Assembly (NCBI GenBank): GCA_964350195.1
Contig: CAYGJB010000002.1
Span: 15,675 to 79,674 of the forward strand
Reading direction: 5' to 3'
Origin: an uncultured Pseudomonadota bacterium
GTDB taxonomy: Bacteria > Babelota > Babeliae > Babelales > Vermiphilaceae
Length of the DNA: 64,000 nt
Below the pieces are notes generated by a model. It saw only the letters and a list, made by a program, of their open reading frames with translations, made no database searches and was not told where the DNA came from. The translations under genes and the position numbers were made by a program. Shown in pieces: positions 49,167-58,915 of the stretch. The stretch's first letter is position 1; each line of letters opens with the position of its first letter.

Positions 49167-50239
49167 CCTTTAGCCCAAATGAAAAGAAGGTAATACCACA
49201 TGAGTATGAATAGTATATGAAAAAGTATAAATACAAGCCCACGCGCAATAAACATTCCTTTTGTTATAGTACCATGCCTCACCCATATAAGGGCAAATAC
49301 AAAGCTAATAAAGGCTAGAGCAAGAAAAAAGGTAAATATATGATCACTTAGCAGAAAATAGCCTACCTTAGGAGACATATTTTGTATTACAAATCGATAA
49401 GCAATCAAAGATGTTACTGCACCGGTAGCAAGATACATAATTGAACTTTTATATTCTGGTTCAAATGAAAACCAAAACAAACTAATAAAAAAAATTAAAA
49501 ATACAGGCAAAAAAATCAACAAAATTAAACGTATGCCAGATCTCGTAAAATCCATCATAAACACTACTATGGGATAACGAATATTCTTTCGTTCATCAAA
49601 TTTATCAACGTCCTCTTCCTCATAGCCGGAAAGAACTGCTCTATCTATATGATGCCATGCAGGAATAAAAATTTTCTTTGACACTCCAAAATCTGATTTA
49701 TAGGAGCGAAAAATCATCTCGCTTGGCGTTACAACGGTGTTTACCAAGCTTATGTAGATACGATGATCATCTAGAGGAAAAGATTGATGATTCAATAGAG
49801 TCGTAAATCGAAGCCGTATCTTATATTCTGCAAGAAGTTTACCATCAATAAGCTTTGTACTTGGCTCTGATTTTTTTATCAACTCCCCCTTTTCAAAAGA
49901 AAATTTTTCAATCGTATCAAGGGAAATAAGAGCAGGATCAAATTGAAACCACACCACACCATCAAAAACAAAAAGATTGTCTACAAGACTAAACTGATGC
50001 CAATTAGTGATATATAGTCCCACCTGTACCAATACAGGATCGCCTCCCCACTCTTTGAGTCTTTCTGGCGTAACGGACTGTACTTCTGGATATTTTTCAT
50101 TTGGCCGAAAACGATTAATCGCGCGCCCTCCCAGAAAAAGCACAATGCTCGAGGTTATTATAAGTGCTAAAAGCTGGTATTGAGGGCGCACTACTTGTAA
50201 GCAAAAATATTCTAAATAATTTTTTTCCATGAGCCTCAC
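49163..50239 (-). CDS. prokaryotic pentameric ligand-gated ion channel (pLGIC, GLIC/ELIC-like)
   Basis: Colinear with GLIC. V.V.VGLYI....F....N.F.FDGVVWFQF matches beta1-beta2. FPLDDHRIYISL matches the Pro-loop FPFD motif. TRSGIRLILLIFLPVFLIFFISLFWFSF matches pre-M1/M1. ATGAVTSLIAYRFVIQNMSPKVGYFLLSD matches M2 and the M2-M3 loop. M3 and M4 follow. Confidence 0.78.
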   Translation of the reverse strand: MRLMEKNYLEYFCLQVVRPQYQLLALIITSSIVLFLGGRAINRFRPNEKYPEVQSVTPERLKEWGGDPVLVQVGLYITNWHQFSLVDNLFVFDGVVWFQFDPALISLDTIEKFSFEKGELIKKSEPSTKLIDGKLLAEYKIRLRFTTLLNHQSFPLDDHRIYISLVNTVVTPSEMIFRSYKSDFGVSKKIFIPAWHHIDRAVLSGYEEEDVDKFDERKNIRYPIVVFMMDFTRSGIRLILLIFLPVFLIFFISLFWFSFEPEYKSSIMYLATGAVTSLIAYRFVIQNMSPKVGYFLLSDHIFTFFLALAFISFVFALIWVRHGTITKGMFIARGLVFILFHILFILMWYYLLFIWAKG

Positions 50240-50443
50240 TACTTATTATTAAATTAGTTATTCCATTTTCATTGTTTCTGTACTAAAAAGTCAAGGCACC
50301 CTTACCTAAAGCAACTACGACTGTACTTAATCACTCTTTTTTTAAAAACAAGAAAACTAATTGTAATCATTGCTTCCTTTTTATTGTTTTTCGTAATCTA
50401 TTTTAAAATGAAGTTAATCAAATAAAAAAAGGGGCACCTGATA

Positions 50444-50683
50444 ATGAAGATGTTCGAGCTAACCACCTCCACTAAAGGTATTTTATTAATTATTGCAGGC
50501 ATTATCATACTGTTTAATTCTTTAGGATTTGTAACTGAGCTACTGCACAGTATTGTACTCTTTGGCTCAATTGCAATGATCATATTAGGCATACTTATGT
50601 CCAACGTTCATCGCTGGCTTTTTTCCCTTATATCAGGAGAAAAAAAAGAAAATAAAGATATTAATCAAACGCCACCAAGCTAA
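50444..50683 (+). CDS. small membrane protein (79 aa, two TM helices)
   Basis: Two hydrophobic helices and a K/E-rich tail. An AAAGGGG sequence is upstream. Confidence 0.45.
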   Translation: MKMFELTTSTKGILLIIAGIIILFNSLGFVTELLHSIVLFGSIAMIILGILMSNVHRWLFSLISGEKKENKDINQTPPS

Positions 50684-50700
50684 TTTCTAAATAAAATAGT

Positions 50701-50736
50701 TGATGCCCAATACAAATTTCTATGTATTGGGCATCA
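50701..50736. terminator. long perfect hairpin between convergent genes
   Basis: TGATGCCCAATAC-aaatttctat-GTATTGGGCATCA, a 13-bp stem. There is no strong T-run, so it could be a bidirectional terminator or an RNA-stability element. Confidence 0.55.
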
Positions 50737-50789
50737 ATATAATATCTCTTTATACAGCAAGCGCTCACTTCCTGTTCGCTCGCTTATCG

Positions 50790-51422
50790 CTATTCACCAC
50801 TATACTCTACTACGCCATCGTTGCCATCTATATTATTCTCTTCTTCTTCGATAACATTCGCTCTCTCTAATGCTTCTCTTCTTTTTGCTTCTCTTCTTCT
50901 TTTCCAATAATTATATCCCCTTTTGCCAAGGTATGCGGCAGTACCTGCAGCAATCGCTCCAGCCACCCCTGCTCCTACTTTCTTTTTATTAGTAGACCAG
51001 AAAGAAGTATTATTAAGCATATTTTTTTGAGCAGTAGAAGATCCCTGATTTGATTGTGGCCCAGATTCATATAGAACAGGTTGAGCAATAAACGTTTTAT
51101 AGGCTATCTGGATTTTGTCTATAGCGGTCTGAATAGCCTTTTTATTAGAAGAGCTTCTTCTCAGATCCATTAATTTCAACTTTAGCCTATTCATTGCTCC
51201 CCTATTGTTTTTACTCTTATAAATATTGTTCAAATTTATAGCACCGTGATTTATATCATTAACAATGTCATTGAGGCTATTTGAATTAGCTAATAATATA
51301 TGTTCAATGTTATGATCGTTACGTATCCAACCTATAAACATATCAGTATTATCCTTCATCATCCCATACGAGCTCGCTCCATATATCAAACCTAAAAGCA
51401 ACATTAATCTTATACTTATCAT
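50790..51422 (-). CDS. hypothetical secreted protein with Gly-zipper helix and basic/acidic tail
   Basis: Signal peptide, a GAGVAGAIAAGTAAYLG helix, RRREAKRREALE, and an acidic end. Confidence 0.5.
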   Translation of the reverse strand: MISIRLMLLLGLIYGASSYGMMKDNTDMFIGWIRNDHNIEHILLANSNSLNDIVNDINHGAINLNNIYKSKNNRGAMNRLKLKLMDLRRSSSNKKAIQTAIDKIQIAYKTFIAQPVLYESGPQSNQGSSTAQKNMLNNTSFWSTNKKKVGAGVAGAIAAGTAAYLGKRGYNYWKRRREAKRREALERANVIEEEENNIDGNDGVVEYSGE

Positions 51423-51608
51423 CTTAGAACTCCTTCATACCTATTATTTTGAATTATACCCTATGCATTATAGCTATCTACTCCTATTGTGCCTTTAAGT
51501 ATAGCACACGCTATGCAATGAGAGTCAACAAAAAGCACGTGAAAAGCCTTAATAAAGGACTTTTTTACGTGATCACCCCTTCAAAGGTCTTGAGGGGTAT
51601 ATTTTTTA

Positions 51609-54600
51609 CTAATCTTTATTTTTTCTTGAAGGGCTTGCTAAGTGCTGAAGATTATCTGCCTGACGCGTAAGAAGAAGGCGAGCTGGCAGTGCAATCTTAA
51701 TGTCTTTTTCATTAAATGCTTTTATGATATTTATGCGTATATTACTCGCTATTTCCCATTTTTCAAGCGTATATACTGAGCTTATAAAGCCACGAACCAT
51801 AAATTCATAGCCATACTCTCCAAAATGATCAAGGCGCACCCATGGCTTTGGATTTTTCAAAATAGTGGGATGACTCTCAACAACTTCATAAAGCACTTTA
51901 CGCACCAATTCTGGATCTTCTTTGTAATCCACATGAATCTTAATATCGTCAAATGCGATAAAATTACGTGTATAGTTCCAGTTGATAATTGTTTTACTTA
52001 TCAAAAAGGAGTTGGGTACAATAAGCGTCGTACTATTCTTGCGACGAAGAATAACTGATCGTGCAGTTATTTTACGAACTACCCCTGTGACTTCACCGTC
52101 AATTCTAATATAATCACCAATCTTAACCGGCCGCTGCACAAGAATAATAAAATAGGAGACAAAATCAGAAATAGGATCTTTCAATACCCAGCCCAAACCG
52201 AGTATTAAAGCACCAACAATATAGTTAACCAACGCCCCAAGCTTTGCGTTTTGAAAACCAAGAAACACGAACGTAATAATAACTAAATATTGGGTGAGAC
52301 TCGAAAATGTATGCTGTATTCCTGAATCAACAAGTAATAGATCAAAAACACGATCAAGCACAAACTTATTAAGACCATATGCAACTATAAAACCAATAAG
52401 AATAAATATAAGAAGATTAAAAAAGGTAATAAACGATATAGGACTTTCTGTGCCAGCACCAATCACCGGATAATCAATAAGCTCTCTAATCCGATAAAAT
52501 GTTATTGGCCATCCCCATATTTTAGCCGCTACAATTATGCCAAAAAAGCTAAGAAGCAAAAACGAAACTATTATAGTTATACCAAACCAGGTCTTTGCAT
52601 TTGCAAATCGCTCACGAGCTACATCATCCACGCTTGAAAAGTATACTCTAGAAGCAATGCGCTTGAATACTCCATGCAAATAATACAATACAAGAAAAAG
52701 TGCAATCGTATACAACCATCCAAAAAGTGCATAAAGCACCAACCTGCCAAATCCCACATATGGATTACTCATCACAATAATGGTGATGAAAAGCAGTAGA
52801 ATGAGATAGTAAAAGCGATCTACTTTCTCCCGTACCCATTGGCCAACTTCAGTACGTACTGGAATAAAGCTGAGTATTTGCTCTTTATCTAATAAGAGAA
52901 TGAGGCCTATCTGAAAAATGATAAAATTGATCGCAAGCAAAATCGTAGGAAGCTCAGAACGATAATAGTGAGCCAGCATAAATGCTTCACGGAAAAAGAA
53001 AATGGTGATAGTTGAATACATGAGCACGGTAAGCACAAACCAAAAACGTCGCTGAAAATCAGATGCTATGAAAGCATATTCATTTTCTTCGTTATATCGT
53101 GTGAGAAAATACACAAATCGATTAGAAAGATACAGAAGATACGCAATAGAAATAAGGTAGAAAATAATATAAAGATACGTATCAACAGTGTCTTGAAAAA
53201 ATAAAGCCGAGAACAAAACAATCCAGAAAGCCACTGCAAAAAAATAGGTATTAAAAAATTCGCTGATACCTGCTAATAAAATAGCTATCATGCGAATCAA
53301 ACCATGGCCTGTCAGACCACGCAACAAAATGGCTAGCTTTGGAAGTAGCCGATAGAAGATAAAAAGAACAATGCCTAGCATTAGCAATTTAAAAAGAAGC
53401 GTAACCCAGGCCATTGGATCTTTAACCGCATCATACAAACGGTTTGCGGTACTAATCACCGCTCCGTGAGTGAAATAATTCCGAACAAACATGAAAAAAT
53501 TAACCACGTCCGGTAAAATATTTTTAATACCATCCCAAGTTATTGCGTATTCAGGACGATACCAAATCGTACGAGATTCAAGCTCTCCAGTAATAAATCC
53601 AATCAGTCTAAGCTTGTTACTCACCACCAAAGATATTCCAGAGTAAATACCTGTTAGCTTACTGAGAAGATCAACTTCTTCTCTTTCAAGAAGCTCTGAT
53701 TGATTAATCAATCTTAGACAGGTGCCATACTCTGTAGCACGTGATCTAAAAATAGTATCTTGATCTTTTTTAATCTGCTTTTTAAGAGCAATGATATTAT
53801 CTATTATCTTTTTTTTATGGTTTATTTGATCAGCTACATGGCTCATTCGTTCTTTTGAGCGAGAGAACCCTGCTTGAGATTCAGCTTTTGGACCATCATA
53901 CTTTTTAAGCTCAGCAGCAATCTCATCTTCGGTTGTAAACTTTCGATGGTAAGATTCTTTCACCAACAGGCTCAACTGCTCGTCTTTCATCTCTTCATCT
54001 TTAAGCCCAATCTGGGCCTCAATCAGCTCTTGCTTGCGTTGATAGAACGCAAGCTGTGTTTGCAGAGCAGCAACTTCAATATAGGCTAGATAAGAAGCAG
54101 AGGTTGGCTGAGACTCTTTTGACCAATCTATTATTTCCCGCCCAAGCGTAATGCCATGCTTTTTAGCCACATTCTGCAGCTCTTTTTGTGCTCGCTCTTC
54201 CTGAATCAACAGAGCATCGATTTCTGAGCGGTACTGTTCTTTTGTTTTACGGTATTTTTGATTTTTTTTATTCTGCTCTTCTCGCGCATGAACAATATCA
54301 GCTTCAGTAACTCGTACCGCTGGCTTGATCAGCTTTAGATACTCTTTAAAAATCGTAAGGTGTGACTTTGCAATCGAAAGCTGAAGAGAAAAAAATTCAA
54401 TCTTGTAGTCAGCCTCTTTTATACGCAAAGCATCAAGAACTTTTCGATAGCTAAATATTCGCTCTTCAATTGAAAGAAGCTCTCCTTGTTGCTGAGTATT
54501 AAATGCTTCATTATCCGTATACTTTCCAGTATTAATTTGCTCTTTTTTACTCGCATATGCCTCTTTTGTAGCTGCTGCTGCCCGTTTACTTGTTTCTCGT

Positions 54601-55154
54601 TCAGTAGCAGCATGCTTTTCTTCATCAGAAAGCACGCTTACTTTTTTCTCTTGATCCAAAATCAAATTATAAAGACGCTGTAAATCCTCAAACGAATAAA
54701 AAAGCCGCTCACCCAAGCGATACTCTTTTTTAAAGCTATTGTTATCAGGATCGGCAAGAAACTCTTTTAGCAACCGAATAAAGTCATCGAGCATCGTAAG
54801 AGTACGTTCTCGATCGCGAATTATATCTCTAAAAATTTGATAAAGCTCACTCAGAAGATGCTGCTTTTGCCTGAGAAAGTCATTGTCTGGCTTCTCTTTT
54901 ATTTGCAACGCGATCTGCTCAATTTGGCCGCGCGTTTCATCCGAGAGTGAACGCAGCTCCGCTTCGCGCTCTTGTTTTATTTTTTCAAGCTGTTCCCGTT
55001 CTGTTTGAAGTCGCTCGAGTTGCTTTTGTCTATTCTCAACCACTCCTACAAAGAGTTTGTCCGTTTTGGGTAACGGCAAACCAGGAGTGTCGGCATGCAA
55101 AACTGAACTAACTAATAGAAACAACGTAACAAGAAAAAGCATCTTTTTTTTCAT
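51609..55154 (-). CDS. MscK/MscM-like large mechanosensitive channel (MscS family)
   Basis: 1181 aa. Signal peptide, roughly 500 aa of periplasmic coiled coil, about 11 TM helices, and an MscS core (VQRPVKIGDYIRIDG..G.V.KI..RS..L...N....IVPNS). Confidence 0.88.
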   Translation of the reverse strand: MKKKMLFLVTLFLLVSSVLHADTPGLPLPKTDKLFVGVVENRQKQLERLQTEREQLEKIKQEREAELRSLSDETRGQIEQIALQIKEKPDNDFLRQKQHLLSELYQIFRDIIRDRERTLTMLDDFIRLLKEFLADPDNNSFKKEYRLGERLFYSFEDLQRLYNLILDQEKKVSVLSDEEKHAATERETSKRAAAATKEAYASKKEQINTGKYTDNEAFNTQQQGELLSIEERIFSYRKVLDALRIKEADYKIEFFSLQLSIAKSHLTIFKEYLKLIKPAVRVTEADIVHAREEQNKKNQKYRKTKEQYRSEIDALLIQEERAQKELQNVAKKHGITLGREIIDWSKESQPTSASYLAYIEVAALQTQLAFYQRKQELIEAQIGLKDEEMKDEQLSLLVKESYHRKFTTEDEIAAELKKYDGPKAESQAGFSRSKERMSHVADQINHKKKIIDNIIALKKQIKKDQDTIFRSRATEYGTCLRLINQSELLEREEVDLLSKLTGIYSGISLVVSNKLRLIGFITGELESRTIWYRPEYAITWDGIKNILPDVVNFFMFVRNYFTHGAVISTANRLYDAVKDPMAWVTLLFKLLMLGIVLFIFYRLLPKLAILLRGLTGHGLIRMIAILLAGISEFFNTYFFAVAFWIVLFSALFFQDTVDTYLYIIFYLISIAYLLYLSNRFVYFLTRYNEENEYAFIASDFQRRFWFVLTVLMYSTITIFFFREAFMLAHYYRSELPTILLAINFIIFQIGLILLLDKEQILSFIPVRTEVGQWVREKVDRFYYLILLLFITIIVMSNPYVGFGRLVLYALFGWLYTIALFLVLYYLHGVFKRIASRVYFSSVDDVARERFANAKTWFGITIIVSFLLLSFFGIIVAAKIWGWPITFYRIRELIDYPVIGAGTESPISFITFFNLLIFILIGFIVAYGLNKFVLDRVFDLLLVDSGIQHTFSSLTQYLVIITFVFLGFQNAKLGALVNYIVGALILGLGWVLKDPISDFVSYFIILVQRPVKIGDYIRIDGEVTGVVRKITARSVILRRKNSTTLIVPNSFLISKTIINWNYTRNFIAFDDIKIHVDYKEDPELVRKVLYEVVESHPTILKNPKPWVRLDHFGEYGYEFMVRGFISSVYTLEKWEIASNIRINIIKAFNEKDIKIALPARLLLTRQADNLQHLASPSRKNKD

Positions 55155-55160
55155 AAAATT

Positions 55161-55736
55161 CTATTTGCTCACTAAAAAGTGCACGGTCTTAAATTGTTCT
55201 ATCTCTGGATGCTCCGAGACACATACACGTAACCACTCTTCCAACATTTTTTCACTTTCTTCACCAAGAACTTCATCACTCAATCGATCTAGCGGTAATG
55301 CCATAAGCTGATGCATCATGACATCTGGAATCTTGGGAAATTCTGGCTGCATCCCTATCATGGATAACAGCTTGAAAAGATACATTTTTTTTGCCTGAAT
55401 ACCCCATAAAGATCCTTTCTCAACTGTATACAAAAACAAAAGAAGTTCAAACAATTCGGGGTCCTGGCTCCCAATTGGCACAAAGTAATAACAAAGCTCA
55501 AGAACATGATGCCAAAAAAGAATATCCAATCGAGCCAAGAAAGAGGGCAAATCATTAATCGAGCACTCTCCTATAAAAAATGCTGATGAGCGTTCTCGCT
55601 CAATCTTATATCCAATAAGAGCTCCAAGCACAGGGGTCTTTAACGTAATACCATCAATGCGCCCGTATTCCCGATCAAGCAATGCAATTTTATGCGAAGA
55701 GATCAGTTTGAGTACAATAGCATTCCGACTAATCAT
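55161..55736 (-). CDS. possible DNA repair protein RecO (short, divergent)
   Basis: The N-terminal AIVLK......KIALLDREYGRI pattern resembles the RecO OB-fold N-terminus, followed by a helical region. The size is small (191 aa) and the match is weak. Confidence 0.4.
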   Translation of the reverse strand: MISRNAIVLKLISSHKIALLDREYGRIDGITLKTPVLGALIGYKIERERSSAFFIGECSINDLPSFLARLDILFWHHVLELCYYFVPIGSQDPELFELLLFLYTVEKGSLWGIQAKKMYLFKLLSMIGMQPEFPKIPDVMMHQLMALPLDRLSDEVLGEESEKMLEEWLRVCVSEHPEIEQFKTVHFLVSK

Positions 55737-57837
55737 TCAACCCAAGATCTTTCAAAAATGCGTCTTGGCGTGGCTTACGACCTAAAAAGTTTTTAAGCAA
55801 TTGGTTGGGATCCACGCTTCCACCTTTTCCAATGACCTCATCCACATATTGCTTGCCAATCTCAGGATTTAAAAGCCCAACTTTCTTGATCGTATCAAAT
55901 AGATCAAGCGCAAACACCTTAGACCATAAATAGCCATAATATTTTGCTCCATAGCCAGTGAGATGGCCGAAGCTGGCATAAAAGCGATACTCAGGACCGT
56001 AATATACACGCGGCAACAAACGCGGCAAAAGCTCATGAAGTATTTTATATGGATCCTTTTGCGCACCTGCTTTATACAGATCAAGCGCATACTGCGCAAG
56101 CATCGCTTGACGTGTTACAAAATGCCCAGAATCATATCGCTTTAACGCAATAATATTATCGATAAGCTCATCAGGAAGAGGCTCACCCGTCTTATAATGT
56201 TTAGAAATTTTTTTCAAAATTTCTTTATCCCAAAGCCACTCTTCTAGCATTTGAGAAGGCATCTCTACAAAATCTGTTTTCACATGCGTTCCTGCATGAG
56301 AACCAAGCTCAGTTGCACCTAGTTGCGCATGCATCGCATGACCAAATTCATGAAAAAAAGTACTTACCTCGCTACGCTTTAATAAAGAGGGCTTGTCCTT
56401 AGTTGGCTTGGTAAAGTTTGCAATCAACACCGATACAGCCGGCAATCGGTTACCATTAGGTAGCTTAATTGCAGGCACTAATCCCGCATGAGCTGCATGA
56501 TTATATTTATTTGGGCGTGGATGCAAATCCATGAAAAGATAGCCATGAAGCTGTGATCGATCTTTGTTATATACTTCGATAAGCTTCACATCTTCATGCC
56601 ACATACCAGATATTGGCAACTCTTTAAAATCTACTCCTAGAAATTGGCGATAGATATCGAGAAGCTCTTTGATCGTATGCTCCATAGGAAAGTACTCAGC
56701 AATCTTTTGTTCATCGACATTGAAATGCTTCTGCTTATATTGCGTTTGAAGAAGGCTTTGATCCCATGCCTTAACTCTGCCATCGTCTAATAGCTGCACC
56801 GACTCAGGAAGCTTTTTTGTGAATTCATTAAACTCTAGATCTGCCTTTTTTTCTGCACGCTTTTGAAGATCATTGATGAATGAATCTGCCCGCTCTACAG
56901 ATTGTGCCATTTGAGAATCAATATTCATTGCTGCAAAGCTTTCATAGCCAATACGTTTTGCTGTCTCATCTCGAAGCGCAATAATCTTTTTCAATAGCGG
57001 CTCATTCTTTGAATAGGCACGATTTGAAAAGGCTTCATAATGGCGCTTACGAGTGGGCTCATGCAATGAGTACTGCATTACTTGAAAATAGGTGGGATAA
57101 TCAACTCCCAAAATATATTTTCCATCTTCATCTTTTTTAAGATCAAGTATAAAATCATCCTCAAGCCCTTTCAGTTCTTCCCTTGTTACCGTAATAAAGC
57201 TTGCGTCTTCAACAAGATTACGATCAAACTCCATTACCAATTCCATGAGCTGCTTATTAAGCGCTTTGAGTTCTTTTAATTTTTCATCAGGCAAATTAAG
57301 GCCCATACGCTTGAAATCTTTCATAGATTCGTCAATAAAGTATCGCTGCGCATCAGAAAGGTTTTCATGCTTCGCATTCCCTTCAGCATAAGCTTTAAAT
57401 GCTTCATACAGCTTTTTGTTATTAGAAACATGATCGATATAAAATGTACGTATTTTTTGCTGTGATTCATGAGCGGCGTCACGCATTGCTGTGTCAGGAT
57501 GCATTTGCTCTGTTATCCAAAAAATATTGCCCTTAACTGATAAGTTAGATCGAACTTCAAGATCATCTAATGCTTTGGCAGTATTTTCAAATGAGCGCTT
57601 ATCATTTGGGATCGCAATGATAGCCTCCACCTCCTGCTGACTCTGCTTAATATACTTTTCAGTATCACACTTTATTTCATCTGGCGTTGCCGGAAATAAT
57701 TTTTGTGCATCATTTAATGTTTTAATATTTTCACTCAGCATACGTATTTCTCCCGTTCGCGCGCAATACCCAAAAGTAACTGTTAAGACCACTGCCATAC
57801 AGGCTAAAATGATAAACGATTTATTCACTATTTTCAC
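55729..57837 (-). CDS. M3-family oligopeptidase (oligopeptidase A / Dcp-like), secreted
   Basis: HEFGHAMH zinc motif with a downstream E (FVEMPSQ). 702 aa with an N-terminal hydrophobic leader. Confidence 0.9.
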   Translation of the reverse strand: MKIVNKSFIILACMAVVLTVTFGYCARTGEIRMLSENIKTLNDAQKLFPATPDEIKCDTEKYIKQSQQEVEAIIAIPNDKRSFENTAKALDDLEVRSNLSVKGNIFWITEQMHPDTAMRDAAHESQQKIRTFYIDHVSNNKKLYEAFKAYAEGNAKHENLSDAQRYFIDESMKDFKRMGLNLPDEKLKELKALNKQLMELVMEFDRNLVEDASFITVTREELKGLEDDFILDLKKDEDGKYILGVDYPTYFQVMQYSLHEPTRKRHYEAFSNRAYSKNEPLLKKIIALRDETAKRIGYESFAAMNIDSQMAQSVERADSFINDLQKRAEKKADLEFNEFTKKLPESVQLLDDGRVKAWDQSLLQTQYKQKHFNVDEQKIAEYFPMEHTIKELLDIYRQFLGVDFKELPISGMWHEDVKLIEVYNKDRSQLHGYLFMDLHPRPNKYNHAAHAGLVPAIKLPNGNRLPAVSVLIANFTKPTKDKPSLLKRSEVSTFFHEFGHAMHAQLGATELGSHAGTHVKTDFVEMPSQMLEEWLWDKEILKKISKHYKTGEPLPDELIDNIIALKRYDSGHFVTRQAMLAQYALDLYKAGAQKDPYKILHELLPRLLPRVYYGPEYRFYASFGHLTGYGAKYYGYLWSKVFALDLFDTIKKVGLLNPEIGKQYVDEVIGKGGSVDPNQLLKNFLGRKPRQDAFLKDLGLND

Positions 57838-57864
57838 CTTTCATTACACAAAAAATATAGGAAA

Positions 57865-58914
57865 GTGTATCACATTCTCTTTCATTTTTTATATTTTCTA
57901 CATAAAACTCTTGCACCAATCCCCCGTGATTATTTGCAGTTAGAATCAAAAGAATTAAGTTGCTATCCTGTAAGGGGTTGTATAAAGAAACAAATATTGC
58001 CAATAATTATCACGTTTATAGCATGTATAGCTCATGCAAAATTTGATCTCTCTGATTCAATAGCAATACAAGGAGCCAAGGGCGTTGGTACCGTTGCTGG
58101 AGCAATTGGAGGATTGGCAGCCGGTGCAGGAGCTACTATTGCCGCTGATGATGCTATATCAGAAAAAGCAATAAACCTAGCAAAAGAAAAGGACCAGAAA
58201 ATAATTGCAAATCTAGAGGCTAGAAATGCAGAATTAAAACAACAAGGCATTAATGACGCTATAGGCCCTGATGGCCGTAGAAACGAGAAGCAAGAAAGGG
58301 ATTACATTAGAAAAAGAGAATACGACGAAAATATTAGAACAATTCATCTCATCAAAGACACAGGTTATATCAGCGGTGGCAATATGAAAGCGGTAGCGCC
58401 AGGTGTAGTAGCTACGCCTATCGCTACTATTGCAGGAAGCGTTGCAGGATATAAACTCGCAAGCTTAGGTGCATACAAGATCGTAGCCCTACGACATAAA
58501 GTGAGCACAGAGGTAGCAAAGATAGCTTATGAAGCTGACATATCTCTAAGTAAGCATAAAGCAATGCTACAAGCCGCATATAAAGGAAATAAAAAGGAGG
58601 CGTTCTCCCTCTATAAACAGTATTTAAACACGCTCTTTAAAAATACAAATGGATTTAATAGACTCAAAGAGTTAGATCAGAACTATAATAAAGCAATAAA
58701 TGTGGTCAACCAGTATAGACAGCAAGGCTTTTATGGCTCAACACTCAACCAATTTTACAACCTAGTTGGTGTTGAACAAGCAGAACTATTCTTTGAAGCT
58801 TGTGCCACGGCAACTGCAATCTGGGCCCTGTTGTATAAAAAATCATATACCAGACTAAACCGAATGTATTACATCAAAATAATCATTAGTGAAATGGAGC
58901 AAACACAGAGCTAA
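57865..58914 (+). CDS. hypothetical protein with Gly-zipper segment, possible lipoprotein
   Basis: Long ORF. The first ~44 codons probably are not translated. An in-frame TTG at 57997 precedes PIIITFIAC (lipobox-like). GAKGVGTVAGAIGGLAAGAGA is a Gly-zipper. Confidence 0.5.
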   Translation: MYHILFHFLYFLHKTLAPIPRDYLQLESKELSCYPVRGCIKKQILPIIITFIACIAHAKFDLSDSIAIQGAKGVGTVAGAIGGLAAGAGATIAADDAISEKAINLAKEKDQKIIANLEARNAELKQQGINDAIGPDGRRNEKQERDYIRKREYDENIRTIHLIKDTGYISGGNMKAVAPGVVATPIATIAGSVAGYKLASLGAYKIVALRHKVSTEVAKIAYEADISLSKHKAMLQAAYKGNKKEAFSLYKQYLNTLFKNTNGFNRLKELDQNYNKAINVVNQYRQQGFYGSTLNQFYNLVGVEQAELFFEACATATAIWALLYKKSYTRLNRMYYIKIIISEMEQTQS

Positions 58915-58915
58915 C

